DNA of 64,000 bases from Polyangiales bacterium (GCA_038231275.1 JBBRLQ010000007.1:32001-96000), one strand, 5' to 3'. Shown: positions 41,451-51,239, counted from the first letter of the stretch. Translations and numbers: made by a program. Notes: generated by a model from the sequence alone, not told the origin.

Positions 41451-42929
41451 ATGGCGAAGGCGACCCAGGCGGCCAAGGTGGGCCTGTTCTTCGTGGCCAC
41501 CGCGGTTGCCGTGTTCGTCATCTACCGCACCGTCAGCAAAGAGGTCGGCGGCGGAAACGGCTACGTGGTGCACGCGTACATCAAGGACGCGACCGGCATC
41601 GCCAACCACTCGCGCGTCGCGATCGCCGGCATCCCGGTCGGCTCGATCGAGAAGATCTCCCTCGAGCAAGGCCGCGCGCGCGTCGACGTGCGCGTGTCGA
41701 AGGACACCGTCCTCTACGCGAACTCGCGCCTCGGCGTTAAGAGCGCGTCTCTCCTCGGCGAGAACATCATCGTTCTCACCGCCGGCACCGACGAGCCGAA
41801 GAAGAAGGACGGCGACGAGATCGAGACGATGGCGGAGGCGCGCAGCGTCGAGGACTTGAAGGAGCAGGTAGGTCGCATCGCCGACTTGATCCAGGCGGTC
41901 GTACAGCAACTCGCCGCGTCGGTCGGCACCGACAAGGGCGGGCAGAACATGCGCGCCATCCTCGATAACCTCGCGCAGGCCACCGAGGCGATCAACATGA
42001 CGGTGCGCGAGAACCGCACCTACATCAACGAGACGCTCAAGAACGTCAACACGATCACCGCGCACAGCCAGCCGCAGATCGACAAGATCCTCGAGAACGT
42101 CCGCGTCATCACCGAGGAGGTGCGCGTCCTCGTCGCGCAGAACTCCGGCGATCCGAAGTCGGGCGGCGGCGAGATCCGCGACACGGTCACGCGCCTCAAC
42201 AAGGCCAGCAAGAGCCTCGAGAGCGCGCTCGATCACATCGACCACATCTCCGATCGCATCGACAAGGGGGAGGGGACGATCGGCCGCCTCACCAAGGACG
42301 AGGCGCTCATCAACGAGGTGCAGGGCGTCGCCGAGGGTGTGAACGATTACGTCGGCAACATCTCGCGTCTGCAGACGATCGTGGGTCTGCGCAGCGACTA
42401 CAATTTTCTCGCCAACACCGTGAAGAGCTACGTCGAGGTGCGCCTTCAGCCGCGCGAGGACAAGTACTACCTGATCGAGCTCGTCAACGATCCGCGCGGC
42501 AAGACGAGCTTCACGCAGACCGACACCGACACGACCGATCCGCGCGCGCCCTCGCACTACCGCACCGTCACCACGACGACGACCGACGCATTCCGGTTCT
42601 CGCTCATGTTCGCGCGCCGCCTCGGTCCGTTTACCGGCCGATTCGGCATCAAGGAGTCGACGGGCGGCCTCGGCCTCGACGTGCACCTTCTCCAGAACCG
42701 CTTCGAGGTCTCGAACGATCTGTTCGGCTTCGGCGAGGAGATCCAGCCGCGCTTCCGCGTGTGGGTCGGCTACGAGTTCATCCACCGCCTGTGGCTCCTC
42801 GGCGGCGTGGATCACCTGTTCTTGCCGAACCGCCGCGACTACTTCCTCGGCTTGCAGCTCCGCTTCACCGACGAGGATCTCAAGACCATCCTGCCGTTCA
42901 GCGGCTCGGCGGGCGCGGTCACCAAGTAG
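41451..42929 (+). CDS. mlaD: MCE/MlaD family protein with long helical stalk and beta-rich C-terminus
   Basis: AAKVGLF TM; DATGI..SRVAIAGIPVGSI, SLLGENII; GEGTIGRL. Confidence 0.85.
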   Translation: MAKATQAAKVGLFFVATAVAVFVIYRTVSKEVGGGNGYVVHAYIKDATGIANHSRVAIAGIPVGSIEKISLEQGRARVDVRVSKDTVLYANSRLGVKSASLLGENIIVLTAGTDEPKKKDGDEIETMAEARSVEDLKEQVGRIADLIQAVVQQLAASVGTDKGGQNMRAILDNLAQATEAINMTVRENRTYINETLKNVNTITAHSQPQIDKILENVRVITEEVRVLVAQNSGDPKSGGGEIRDTVTRLNKASKSLESALDHIDHISDRIDKGEGTIGRLTKDEALINEVQGVAEGVNDYVGNISRLQTIVGLRSDYNFLANTVKSYVEVRLQPREDKYYLIELVNDPRGKTSFTQTDTDTTDPRAPSHYRTVTTTTTDAFRFSLMFARRLGPFTGRFGIKESTGGLGLDVHLLQNRFEVSNDLFGFGEEIQPRFRVWVGYEFIHRLWLLGGVDHLFLPNRRDYFLGLQLRFTDEDLKTILPFSGSAGAVTK

Positions 42930-42938
42930 GGCGCGGCG

Positions 42939-45053
42939 TCAGGGCTTGCCGGCACCCTTCGCCCAGGCGAGCGCGCCGGCCGCGAGGAGCACTTCGAGCG
43001 CGCGCAAGGCGTCTCCTGCCGAGGACGCGCCGGTCCGCGTGGTCGCCTTCAGCACGTCGCGCAGCGACTTTGGCGACGTGACGATCGACAGCAGTCGCTG
43101 CACCGGCGGCGGCCAGGTCACGTCGCCGAACGCGGACTTCACCGGGGTGAGGACGTCGTCGAGCCGATCGCGGTAGCGATCGAGCGGGCTCTCCGCCGGC
43201 ATCGCCGACTCGAGGCCCGCCAGCATCAGCGTCGGCAGGTCGAGATCGAGCGGGAACTCGACGTGCTTCGCCGAGCCGCCGCGGTAGAACGTGAGCGTCC
43301 CGCCGCGCCAGAGGAAGAGATCGGCGACGCGATCGCGCCCCTGATCGCGGATCGCGCGGAAGATGTCGACCGAACCGACGAGCCCGAGCGAGATGAGCGT
43401 GTCGCCCATGCGGCCGTTGTGGCGGGGCAGGACCGCGAGCGCGAGATCGAGCTCTTCGCGCGCGAGCTTGCCGCGCCGCACGAGGTACTCGCCGAGCAGC
43501 TCGGTCGCGTCGCTCGATGCGACGTGGTTCAGCTTGCCGTCGATGAAGTAGAGCTCCTTGCGCGCGCCGGGCCCTTCTTCGCCGGCGGGGCGCTCCGCGA
43601 AGAGCACGCCGGTGAGGTGCCCCTCGAGGACCTTGAGGAGCGCGTCGAGCAGCGTCGCTGGCGAGAGATCCTCGATGAAATCCGGCTTTCCAGGCCCCGC
43701 GAGCTTGTTCGTCGTCGCCGACGCGGGCGGGAGGAAGCGCGCGAGCTCCTCGATCTCCTCGAGGCGCACGAGGCCGCGGCCCATGAAGTCGACCTTGTCT
43801 CCAGGACCGATCTGTCCGGTGACGCACGCCTCGATCAGGCGCGCGAACGTCCACGGTCCGTGACGCGTGCCGACCGACGTCTCCACGAACGACGGGAGCT
43901 GGCCGTACTCGCCGGTCTTTCGCTCGAAGGGCGAGTTCTCGTCCTCGACCTCCTCGAGATCGCTGTCGTCGCCGAGGTCGAGCACCAGCTCCTCGACCGC
44001 GTGGCGAGGCGATGCCGGCTTGACGGTCTGCCCCTCGTCCGCCACCGCCGCCGCCGCGCGGATCGCCCGGATGCTCTCGCGAACGGCCGCCATCGCGTCG
44101 GTCGACGGGTTCGAGACGACCCACCCGACGCGCGCCGCCAGCTCTGCGCGCACCGCGCTCTCGTCCGGCTCGAAGCGCTCGAGCGCCGCGGCGAGCGCCG
44201 TCGCCGTCTGGTACCGGTGCCCCGGATCGCGCGCGAGCGCCTTCTCGAGCACTTCGTAGAGACCCGGCGGCAAGCTCGCGCGCATCTCGGTGAGGGCGTC
44301 GATGCGGCAATCGCGGATCGCGAGGAGCACCGCGAGCTGGCCGCTGCCCGGGAAAAGAGGCTTTCCCAGGAGCGACTCCGCGAGCACCGTCGCGAGGCTG
44401 AAGAGATCGGCGCGATGATCGAACGCCTCGCCGGCGACCTGCTCGGGCGCGAGGTAGCCGAACTTTCCCTTGAGCACCGCGCTCTGCTCGCTGCGCAGCG
44501 TGGAGCGCGTCGTCGAGCGCGCGATGCCGAAGTCGCCGAGCTTCACGGTGCCTTCGCGCGAAAGGTAGAGGTTCGACGGTGTCACGTCGCGGTGGATGAT
44601 TCCGAGCGGTACGCCTTTCTTGTCGAGCGCGCCGTGAACGCTCTCGAGCCCCCGCAGCGCCTCACACGCGATGAAGACGCTGAGCTTTATGGGGAGGTTC
44701 TGGCCTTCCTGCTTGGTCCGCCGGAGGAGACGGTAGAGGTCGCAGCCCTCGACGTACTCCATCGCGAGGTACGGCTCGCCGTCCTCTGTAGTCCCGGCGC
44801 CGAAGACCGTCACCACGTTCTCGTGCTCGACGGCCTGATGCAGGTGCGCCTCGCGCTCGAACATCGTCCGCCCCTCGGGCTCGGTCGCGAAGTTCGGCAA
44901 GAGGCGCTTCACGACGAGGCGCTGCGGCTCGGCCCGTGGATCGGTCGGGTGGGCGAGGTAGACTTCTGCCGTACCCCCTACCGCAATACGCGTATCGAGC
45001 ACATACGGTCCGAACCGTATGCCGCTGCTGATGCCGCGGGGGGGATCCTTCAT
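42939..45053 (-). CDS. Ser/Thr protein kinase with C-terminal DUF4388-like domain
   Basis: GGTAEV, VVKR, HRDVTPSN, DFG, KGKFGYLAPE; LTGVLF...LLGEYLV...LFLWRGGTLTF. Confidence 0.92.
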   Translation of the reverse strand: MKDPPRGISSGIRFGPYVLDTRIAVGGTAEVYLAHPTDPRAEPQRLVVKRLLPNFATEPEGRTMFEREAHLHQAVEHENVVTVFGAGTTEDGEPYLAMEYVEGCDLYRLLRRTKQEGQNLPIKLSVFIACEALRGLESVHGALDKKGVPLGIIHRDVTPSNLYLSREGTVKLGDFGIARSTTRSTLRSEQSAVLKGKFGYLAPEQVAGEAFDHRADLFSLATVLAESLLGKPLFPGSGQLAVLLAIRDCRIDALTEMRASLPPGLYEVLEKALARDPGHRYQTATALAAALERFEPDESAVRAELAARVGWVVSNPSTDAMAAVRESIRAIRAAAAVADEGQTVKPASPRHAVEELVLDLGDDSDLEEVEDENSPFERKTGEYGQLPSFVETSVGTRHGPWTFARLIEACVTGQIGPGDKVDFMGRGLVRLEEIEELARFLPPASATTNKLAGPGKPDFIEDLSPATLLDALLKVLEGHLTGVLFAERPAGEEGPGARKELYFIDGKLNHVASSDATELLGEYLVRRGKLAREELDLALAVLPRHNGRMGDTLISLGLVGSVDIFRAIRDQGRDRVADLFLWRGGTLTFYRGGSAKHVEFPLDLDLPTLMLAGLESAMPAESPLDRYRDRLDDVLTPVKSAFGDVTWPPPVQRLLSIVTSPKSLRDVLKATTRTGASSAGDALRALEVLLAAGALAWAKGAGKP

Positions 45054-45118
45054 CTCAGCCAAGAGTACCTGTCGAACGCCGCCTTACAAATGCAGTAGAT
45101 GCGGTAGATAGGGACTTC

Positions 45119-46726
45119 ATGATGCCGCTCGCCTCGCGCATCCTTTTCTCTTTGGCCGCCCTTGGTCTGTCGGTGGGTGCCGCGTCTTGCAGCGGGTGCC
45201 GCACGACGCCCTCGGCAAAGGGGCCGGACGCCGCGGGCCCCCCGACCGTTCGCCTCTACCTGGTGAGCGATCTGGCGGGGGCCATCGAGCCGTGCGGGTG
45301 CTCGAAAGACCAGCTCGGAGGGCTCGATCACGCGGGGGCGTGGATCGCGAGCGAGCGCGCGAAGGCTCCCGCGTCCGCGCTCGTCACCGCCGGGCCGCTC
45401 TTCTTCATGGACCCGACGTTGAAGCCCGAGAAGATCGGGCAGGACACGCAGAAGGCCGAGACGCTCGCGGCCGTCCTGAAGCAGCTCGATTTCGCGGCGT
45501 TCGCGCCGGCGAAGAACGAGTGGGCGGCGGGGCCCGACGTGCTCGGCAAGCTCCGAGAAGCCAGCGGCGCGGCGATGGTCTTCGGAAACGGCGCGGCGCC
45601 CGGTGCGGCCGCATTCGTCGTGCGCGAGATCGGCGGCGTGAAGGTCGGCTTCCTCGGCGTCGCCACACCGGAGGTGCCGGGCGTGGAGACAAAGGCGCCC
45701 GCCGAAGCGATCAAGGCGGCCGCGCACGCCGCGAAGGGGCAGGGGGCCAAGATCCTCATCGCGCTGGCGTCCGTGGGACGCGGCGAGGCGAAGCGAATCG
45801 CCGACGTCGTGCCGGAGCTCACGGCGATCCTCGTCGGATCGACCGGCGGCGTCGGCGACGCGAACACGCAAGCCCCGCCGCCCGAGCGCATCGGCAACGT
45901 GCTCGTCGCCGAGACCGGCAACCATCTTCAGACCGTCGCCGTCCTCGATCTCTACGTCCGCGACGGCGCGACCACCTTCGCCGACGCCACCGGCCTCGAG
46001 CTCGGTCGAAAGCGGCAAGAGCTGCAGGGCCGCGCCGCCGAGCTCCACGTCAAGATCGCCAACTGGGAGCGTGATGAGAAGGACGGCAAGGTCTCGAAGG
46101 CCGACCTCGACGCCCGCCGCGCCGATCTCGCGAAGCTCGAGGCCGAGAAGGCCGAGCTCGACGTCGCCAAGCCTCCCGAGACCGGCAGCTACTTCCGCTA
46201 CACGGTGAAGGAGATCCGCGACTCGCTCGGCAAGGACGCCAAGCTCGAAGAGCAATTGCGTGCATATTACAAGCGTGTCAACGACGCGAACAAGCTCGCG
46301 TTCGCCGATCGCAAGCCGCGCCCGCACGACGGCAAGGAGCCGGTCTACGTCGGCGTCGCGGTCTGCGCGTCGTGCCACGACGAGGCGAAGGCGGTCTGGG
46401 ACAAAACGCAGCACGCGCGCGCCTACGCCACGCTCTCGACGCAGTTCAAAGAGTTCAATTTGGACTGCGTCAGCTGCCACGTCACCGGCTACGACATGCC
46501 GGGCGGCAGCACCGTCACACACGTCGATCGCCTCAAGGACGTGCAGTGCGAGCAGTGCCACGGCCCCGGCTCACGCCACGCGATGGCGCCCGAAAAAATC
46601 GCGATCCCCATCGCGAAGCCGACGGCCGACTCGTGTCTCTCGTGCCATCACCCGCCGCACGTCGAGGGTTTCGACGCGAAGGTCAAGATGGAGGCCGTGC
46701 TCGGCCCCGGCCACGGGAGAAAGTGA
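45119..46726 (+). CDS. UshA-like (degenerate 5'-nucleotidase) domain fused to tetraheme c554-like cytochrome, lipoprotein
   Basis: AASC lipobox; GAIEPCGC..QLGG; four CxxCH (CASCH, CVSCH, CEQCH, CLSCH). Confidence 0.85.
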   Translation: MMPLASRILFSLAALGLSVGAASCSGCRTTPSAKGPDAAGPPTVRLYLVSDLAGAIEPCGCSKDQLGGLDHAGAWIASERAKAPASALVTAGPLFFMDPTLKPEKIGQDTQKAETLAAVLKQLDFAAFAPAKNEWAAGPDVLGKLREASGAAMVFGNGAAPGAAAFVVREIGGVKVGFLGVATPEVPGVETKAPAEAIKAAAHAAKGQGAKILIALASVGRGEAKRIADVVPELTAILVGSTGGVGDANTQAPPPERIGNVLVAETGNHLQTVAVLDLYVRDGATTFADATGLELGRKRQELQGRAAELHVKIANWERDEKDGKVSKADLDARRADLAKLEAEKAELDVAKPPETGSYFRYTVKEIRDSLGKDAKLEEQLRAYYKRVNDANKLAFADRKPRPHDGKEPVYVGVAVCASCHDEAKAVWDKTQHARAYATLSTQFKEFNLDCVSCHVTGYDMPGGSTVTHVDRLKDVQCEQCHGPGSRHAMAPEKIAIPIAKPTADSCLSCHHPPHVEGFDAKVKMEAVLGPGHGRK

Positions 46727-46834
46727 CGGTCCCGGTGCGGCACGGCGCTCATTTGGCCGTGGCCCGCCGCGTGCGCCATCGAATGCCAGCGCCAGACGGC
46801 TGCGGCGTTCCCCCGCGCGGCGCCGCGTCAGCAA

Positions 46835-46864
46835 AAGTTGTATTACCAATTTGTATTACAACTT
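46835..46864. other. AT-rich imperfect palindrome (protein-binding or recombination site)
   Basis: AAGTTGTATTACCAATTTGTATTACAACTT; 26/30 self-complementary, 7/30 G+C. Confidence 0.65.
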
Positions 46865-47598
46865 AGGGCGCGGGGGAGGACCTCGCCGGCCTTGCCGAGG
46901 CGGCACTCGTCGAACGCGCTCGCGTTGTCGGGGCGTTCGGGACCGACGTAGATCGTCCTCGCGCCGGCCGCGCGTGCGGCGCGAGCGAACCCCGCGGCGG
47001 GGTACACCGCGCCGGAGCTGCCGACGGTCATGAAGATCGAGCTCTCCGCGAGGGCCTCGCCGATCTCCTCGAGCTCGAATGGGATTTCTCCGAACCAGAC
47101 GATGTGCGGCCGAATCCGCGCGCCGCAGCGGCAACGAGGGATCGCGCCGGCGTCGCGGTACTCGCCCGCGTCCTCGAACGGCGCGGTCTCGCACGCGTCG
47201 TCCTCGCAGCGGCTCTTGAGAAGCTCGCCGTGCATGTGGAGCGCGCGCGTGGACCCGGCGTGCTCGTGAAGTGGGTCCACGTTCTGCGTGCACAAGAAGA
47301 GGCGGGTCCCGAGCGTCGCTTCGAGCGTCGCGAGCGCGCGGTGGGCGGCGTTCGGCGCGCACGCCTTCGCCTGCGCGCGGCGGTCCGAGTAGAAGCGCCA
47401 AACCAGCTCCGCGTCCTTCGCCCATCCCTCCGGCGAGGCGACGTCCTCGACGCGGAATTGCTCCCAGAGGCCGTTCGCGTCGCGGAACGTCTGGATGCCG
47501 CTTTCGGCGCTGATTCCGGCGCCGGTCAGGATGAAGAGGCGGTCTTCGGGTCCCAGGACGAGGGGCTCGAACTCGGTGTGCGGCGCGACCTTGGTCAT
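46843..47598 (-). CDS. cobB: NAD-dependent protein deacylase (sirtuin)
   Basis: TGAGISAESGIQTFRD, TQNVD, HMHG, RPHIVWFGE, GSSGAVYPAA. Confidence 0.95.
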   Translation of the reverse strand: MTKVAPHTEFEPLVLGPEDRLFILTGAGISAESGIQTFRDANGLWEQFRVEDVASPEGWAKDAELVWRFYSDRRAQAKACAPNAAHRALATLEATLGTRLFLCTQNVDPLHEHAGSTRALHMHGELLKSRCEDDACETAPFEDAGEYRDAGAIPRCRCGARIRPHIVWFGEIPFELEEIGEALAESSIFMTVGSSGAVYPAAGFARAARAAGARTIYVGPERPDNASAFDECRLGKAGEVLPRALSCNTNW

Positions 47599-47693
47599 CG
47601 GGATTCCACGATAATGTCTGCCATTCGCCCCGAGGCGACGCGAAATGTGTCGGGAAAGGGGAGATTCTTCCCCCCGGGGCGTAGACGTCCGCG

Positions 47694-48737
47694 ATGTCGG
47701 GGAACCATGCGGTGCGGACCTGGGTCGGGACGAACCTCGGAGGGCGTTACACCCTCGAGGAGCTCGTCGAGGAGACGTCCACGACGCTTACGTTCCACGC
47801 CGTGGACACCCGCGTCGGGCGGCAGGTGGCCGTGCGCCTACTTCGTGCGGGCCTCGGCGCGGCGTCCGCTGCGGGGCGACGCCTCGAGCGCGAGGCGCGC
47901 ATGTCGGCGGCGATCGGTCACCCCAATGTGCGCGAGGCGTCGGACATGGGCGCGCTCGAGGACGGCACGCCGTACGTCGTCTCCGAGCTGCTCTCGGGCG
48001 ATACGCTCGACGAGGACATCCACGTCACCGGCGCGCGCCCCATCGGCGCCGCGCTCGAGATCACCTTGCAGATCCTCTCGGGCCTGTCCGCCGCGCACGC
48101 TCGCGGGCTCGTCCACGGTGCGCTGCGACCCGAGTTCGTGTTCCTCGTGCGCCGCCTCGGCTGCGCGCCGCTCGTGAAGCTCTGCGGCTTCGGAGAAGAT
48201 CTCACGACGCCGCTGCCCGATCGCACGGGTCCCGGCGCGCACTACCTTGCGCCCGAGCAGATTCGCGGCGGCAACCGCCCCACCGACGCGCGCACCGACG
48301 TCTACGTCACGGGCGTCATCCTGTACGAGCTGCTCACGGGGATGCGCCCCTTCACGGCGCCCGACGCCGCCGCGCTCTTCGAGGAGATCTTGGGCGCACC
48401 GCTCCGCGATCCGCGGGCGCTCCGTCCCGATCTGGCGCCGACGCTGTCGATGCTCGTCTACCGCGCGATGAAGCGCGATCCGCGCGATCGTTTCCAGACC
48501 GCCGAGGACATGCAGCGTGCGATCCGGTCGGCGCAGGCCGAGGCCGAGAGCGACGGCGCGTATTCGCTACGCACGGTGCTCACGACCGGCGAGCACGTCG
48601 CTGTGGCCCCGTCGCGGATGCGCACGTCGCACAAGACCATCGAGAGCTGGGACGACGTCACCGACGTCGCCGGCACCGACCACGCGCCGCTGTCGTCCGC
48701 GGGCGAGCAGACGGTGACGATCGTCCGACCTCGCTGA
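47694..48737 (+). CDS. Ser/Thr pseudokinase
   Basis: Kinase fold (YLAPEQ, DARTDVY, YELLTG) but VAVR, HGALRPE and CGFG replace VAVK, HRDLKPE and DFG. Confidence 0.85.
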   Translation: MSGNHAVRTWVGTNLGGRYTLEELVEETSTTLTFHAVDTRVGRQVAVRLLRAGLGAASAAGRRLEREARMSAAIGHPNVREASDMGALEDGTPYVVSELLSGDTLDEDIHVTGARPIGAALEITLQILSGLSAAHARGLVHGALRPEFVFLVRRLGCAPLVKLCGFGEDLTTPLPDRTGPGAHYLAPEQIRGGNRPTDARTDVYVTGVILYELLTGMRPFTAPDAAALFEEILGAPLRDPRALRPDLAPTLSMLVYRAMKRDPRDRFQTAEDMQRAIRSAQAEAESDGAYSLRTVLTTGEHVAVAPSRMRTSHKTIESWDDVTDVAGTDHAPLSSAGEQTVTIVRPR

Positions 48738-48892
48738 CGAACCGTACGCAGCCCGTCGCGACACTGCGCAGCCTTTCGCGAGGTCCGTTTCCACGTGCGG
48801 GCCGCCGCCTGGCGAAGTTGAAGCCCGCGCGACGGAGCCGCTGCCGCCCGCTCATGCGCTACGTTCCCAATTTCTACGTGCTTTTGGGGTCT

Positions 48893-48911
48893 CCCCGAGA
48901 TCAGCTCGGGG
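48893..48911 (+). terminator. Possible hairpin terminator
   Basis: CCCCGAG-atcag-CTCGGGG followed by TCTTGT; weak U tract. Confidence 0.3.
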
Positions 48912-48935
48912 TCTTGTGAGTCAACGCGTGCGCGT

Positions 48936-48952
48936 CTGGCCTAGAACGTGCG
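48936..48952 (+). promoter_or_regulatory. Putative sigma54 -24/-12 promoter
   Basis: CTGGCCTAGAACGTGCG: GG 48938-39, 10 nt, GC 48950-51. Confidence 0.45.
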
Positions 48953-48964
48953 TACTGCGCCCCC

Positions 48965-49777
48965 ATGCGAGGAGCCTTCATCGTCGGCGCACTCCTTCTG
49001 TTCGGCTGTCGAACGGCGGAGCACGACACGACCCTCGGCGCCATCGCCTCCACAACTCGTGTCACTCTGACCGCGTATGAGAGCGAGCTCGTCGTCGAGC
49101 TCGTGCCGTCGAACGGTAGCTGCCCCACCGTGCACGCGACCGCCGCGCTCGGAGACGCTCCGATGAAGGTGGTCGAGCAGGGCCACTCGGATACTCACAC
49201 TGGAACGAGCGTCGGCGAGATCCTGACCAGCTGCATCTATCCGCGCTTCACGGTGGGGCTGCCAGCCGCCGGTACGCAGGCTCTCACGCAGCCGGACCTC
49301 ACCATCACGGACTCATCGACCACGTTTCGAATCCGCCTCGCCGACGGCTTGACGGCGCGTGCCATCCACGTGGCGAGCTCGTCGGACGGACAGCTTCACG
49401 CTGGCAAATCTGCGACCGTGGCCCTCGCGATGGGCGCGTCGACTCTCGACATAACCCCCTCCTCCCGAGACACCACGACGCTGACGATCGTCGATTCCCA
49501 CGATGCCCTGTTTTACCTATCGGGCCAGGACTTCGGTGGACGGAAGCCCAAGCTTGCCATGGATGCGAGCGGTACCTTCACGTTCGACGTACCTTCCGAC
49601 CTCCAGCCAGGTCCGGCGCGGCTTGGCTTGACATGGCATGCCGTTCTCACCGTGGCTGCGTGCGAGGGTCCTGTCGCTTGCGATGCGCGCGAGGAGCATC
49701 GCGGCGCTCTGGAAGGCCAGAATGCATCGAGGCCCGATCGCTACGAAGGCGACGGCACATTGGTCGTCAGCCCCTGA
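48965..49777 (+). CDS. Hypothetical lipoprotein (atypical, lower-GC codons)
   Basis: MRGAFIVGALLLFGC lipobox; ATA/CTA/ACA/ACT codons. Confidence 0.75.
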   Translation: MRGAFIVGALLLFGCRTAEHDTTLGAIASTTRVTLTAYESELVVELVPSNGSCPTVHATAALGDAPMKVVEQGHSDTHTGTSVGEILTSCIYPRFTVGLPAAGTQALTQPDLTITDSSTTFRIRLADGLTARAIHVASSSDGQLHAGKSATVALAMGASTLDITPSSRDTTTLTIVDSHDALFYLSGQDFGGRKPKLAMDASGTFTFDVPSDLQPGPARLGLTWHAVLTVAACEGPVACDAREEHRGALEGQNASRPDRYEGDGTLVVSP

Positions 49778-49787
49778 GCGCCCCTCG

Positions 49788-51239
49788 TCAGGACGGCGGC
49801 GCCCCGATCGTGTGGACGGCCGCGCGCTGCCATCCCTTCCTCGCGTACACCACCGCGTAGACGATCGCGCTCGCGATGTTGGTCGCCGCCACGCAGCGGA
49901 AGAGCACCTCCATCGGCACGTGAAAGAGCGCCACGGCGAGGATCGAGATCGGGAACTGAAAGCCCAGGATCACGGCGACATCGATCACGAAAGTCGTGCG
50001 CGTCGCGCCGGCGCCGGCCATTGCGTTGCCGAGCACCACGCCGACGCCGAGGCCGAGGTAGCTCGGCGCGACGATCTGGAGATAGACGAGCGCGATCTTG
50101 ACGGGCCCAGTGTCATCGTCGAAGACGCGCAGGAGCGACTCGCCGTACGCGAAGACGAGCGCCGCGATGAGCACGCTGGTGACGGCGTCGTAGCCGGCCG
50201 TGATCCATCCGCTGCGTGCCGCGCGCGCGAGCTTCTGCGCCCCCATGTTTTGCCCCACGAACGTCTGCGCCGCGCTCCCCCAACCCATCGCCACGAAGAG
50301 CGCCATCGTGTCGAGCCGGAAGACGAGGCCCATCGCCGTCGTCGCGGTCTGGTCCCCCTCCGTCGTGAACGCGCGCGCGACGATCGAGTTGACGAGGAGC
50401 ATCGCGAGGATCCGCAGCACGAACTGCGCGCTCGTCGGCCACGCGAGCGCGAGCAGGCGTCGCAGCTCGGGGCCGTCGGGCCCGCGCGATCCGGCGGGCG
50501 GCCACACGATCCCGTGCCTCCGCATCAGCACGACGACCGTGGGCACCAGTACGAGCCCGCGCGCGAAGATCGTTGCCCACGCCGCGCCGAGCATGCCCAT
50601 GCGCGGGATCCCCAGGGCGCGCGCGATCGGCGCGCCCCACGAGAGCATCGCCGGCGCCGGCCCGGGCCCGTAGATGAGGACGATCGCGAGCGCGACGTTG
50701 AGCACGTTGCCGCCGACGAGCAGCGACACCGGCGTCTTGCTCGAGCCGAGCGCGCGCTGGATCGTGGTGAGCTGCAGGAGAAAGAAGATCGTGAAGCTCC
50801 CGCCGACCATCACGCGCAGGTAGCGCTCGGCGATCGCCGCGACCTCGCCCTTCGCACCGACGACGTCGCGCACGATCGGTCCCGCGAGGCCGATGCCGAG
50901 CACACCGAAGACGACGGAGAGCGCGAGGACCACGAGGATCGACTGCCACGCCGTCTTCTGGATCGCGCTCTCTTGTCCTGCTCCCTTGTGCTGCGCGAGG
51001 AGCGACGCGGCCGCCGTCGACACGCCGTAGCTGAGGATCGTCCCTAGCGCTGCGATCTGATCGCAGATGCCGAGCGCGCCGATCGCGGGCCCGACCTCGG
51101 CGGGCGGGAGCTGCGCGACGAGGTACGCGTCGACGAGGTTGAACGTCGTCTGCAGCGCCATCCCCAGCGCGAGCGGCGCCCCGAAGCGAGCGACCTCGCG
51201 CGCGAGGGGGCCCTCCAGAATGCGTCGGCTCTGGGGCAT
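49788..51239 (-). CDS. MATE family efflux transporter
   Basis: ILEGP, LQTTFNLVD, RALGSSKTP, GAAWAT, FVGQNMGA. Confidence 0.92.
   Translation of the reverse strand: MPQSRRILEGPLAREVARFGAPLALGMALQTTFNLVDAYLVAQLPPAEVGPAIGALGICDQIAALGTILSYGVSTAAASLLAQHKGAGQESAIQKTAWQSILVVLALSVVFGVLGIGLAGPIVRDVVGAKGEVAAIAERYLRVMVGGSFTIFFLLQLTTIQRALGSSKTPVSLLVGGNVLNVALAIVLIYGPGPAPAMLSWGAPIARALGIPRMGMLGAAWATIFARGLVLVPTVVVLMRRHGIVWPPAGSRGPDGPELRRLLALAWPTSAQFVLRILAMLLVNSIVARAFTTEGDQTATTAMGLVFRLDTMALFVAMGWGSAAQTFVGQNMGAQKLARAARSGWITAGYDAVTSVLIAALVFAYGESLLRVFDDDTGPVKIALVYLQIVAPSYLGLGVGVVLGNAMAGAGATRTTFVIDVAVILGFQFPISILAVALFHVPMEVLFRCVAATNIASAIVYAVVYARKGWQRAAVHTIGAPPS

Noticed and set aside
46836-46863. Calling the palindrome the chromosomal dif site
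   Set aside because: Architecture fits but only about 6/11 match to the XerD arm TTATGTTAAAT; kept as an unexplained site
48786-48801. CGTTTCCACGTGCGGG, parS-like
   Set aside because: Only one half resembles parS; not palindromic
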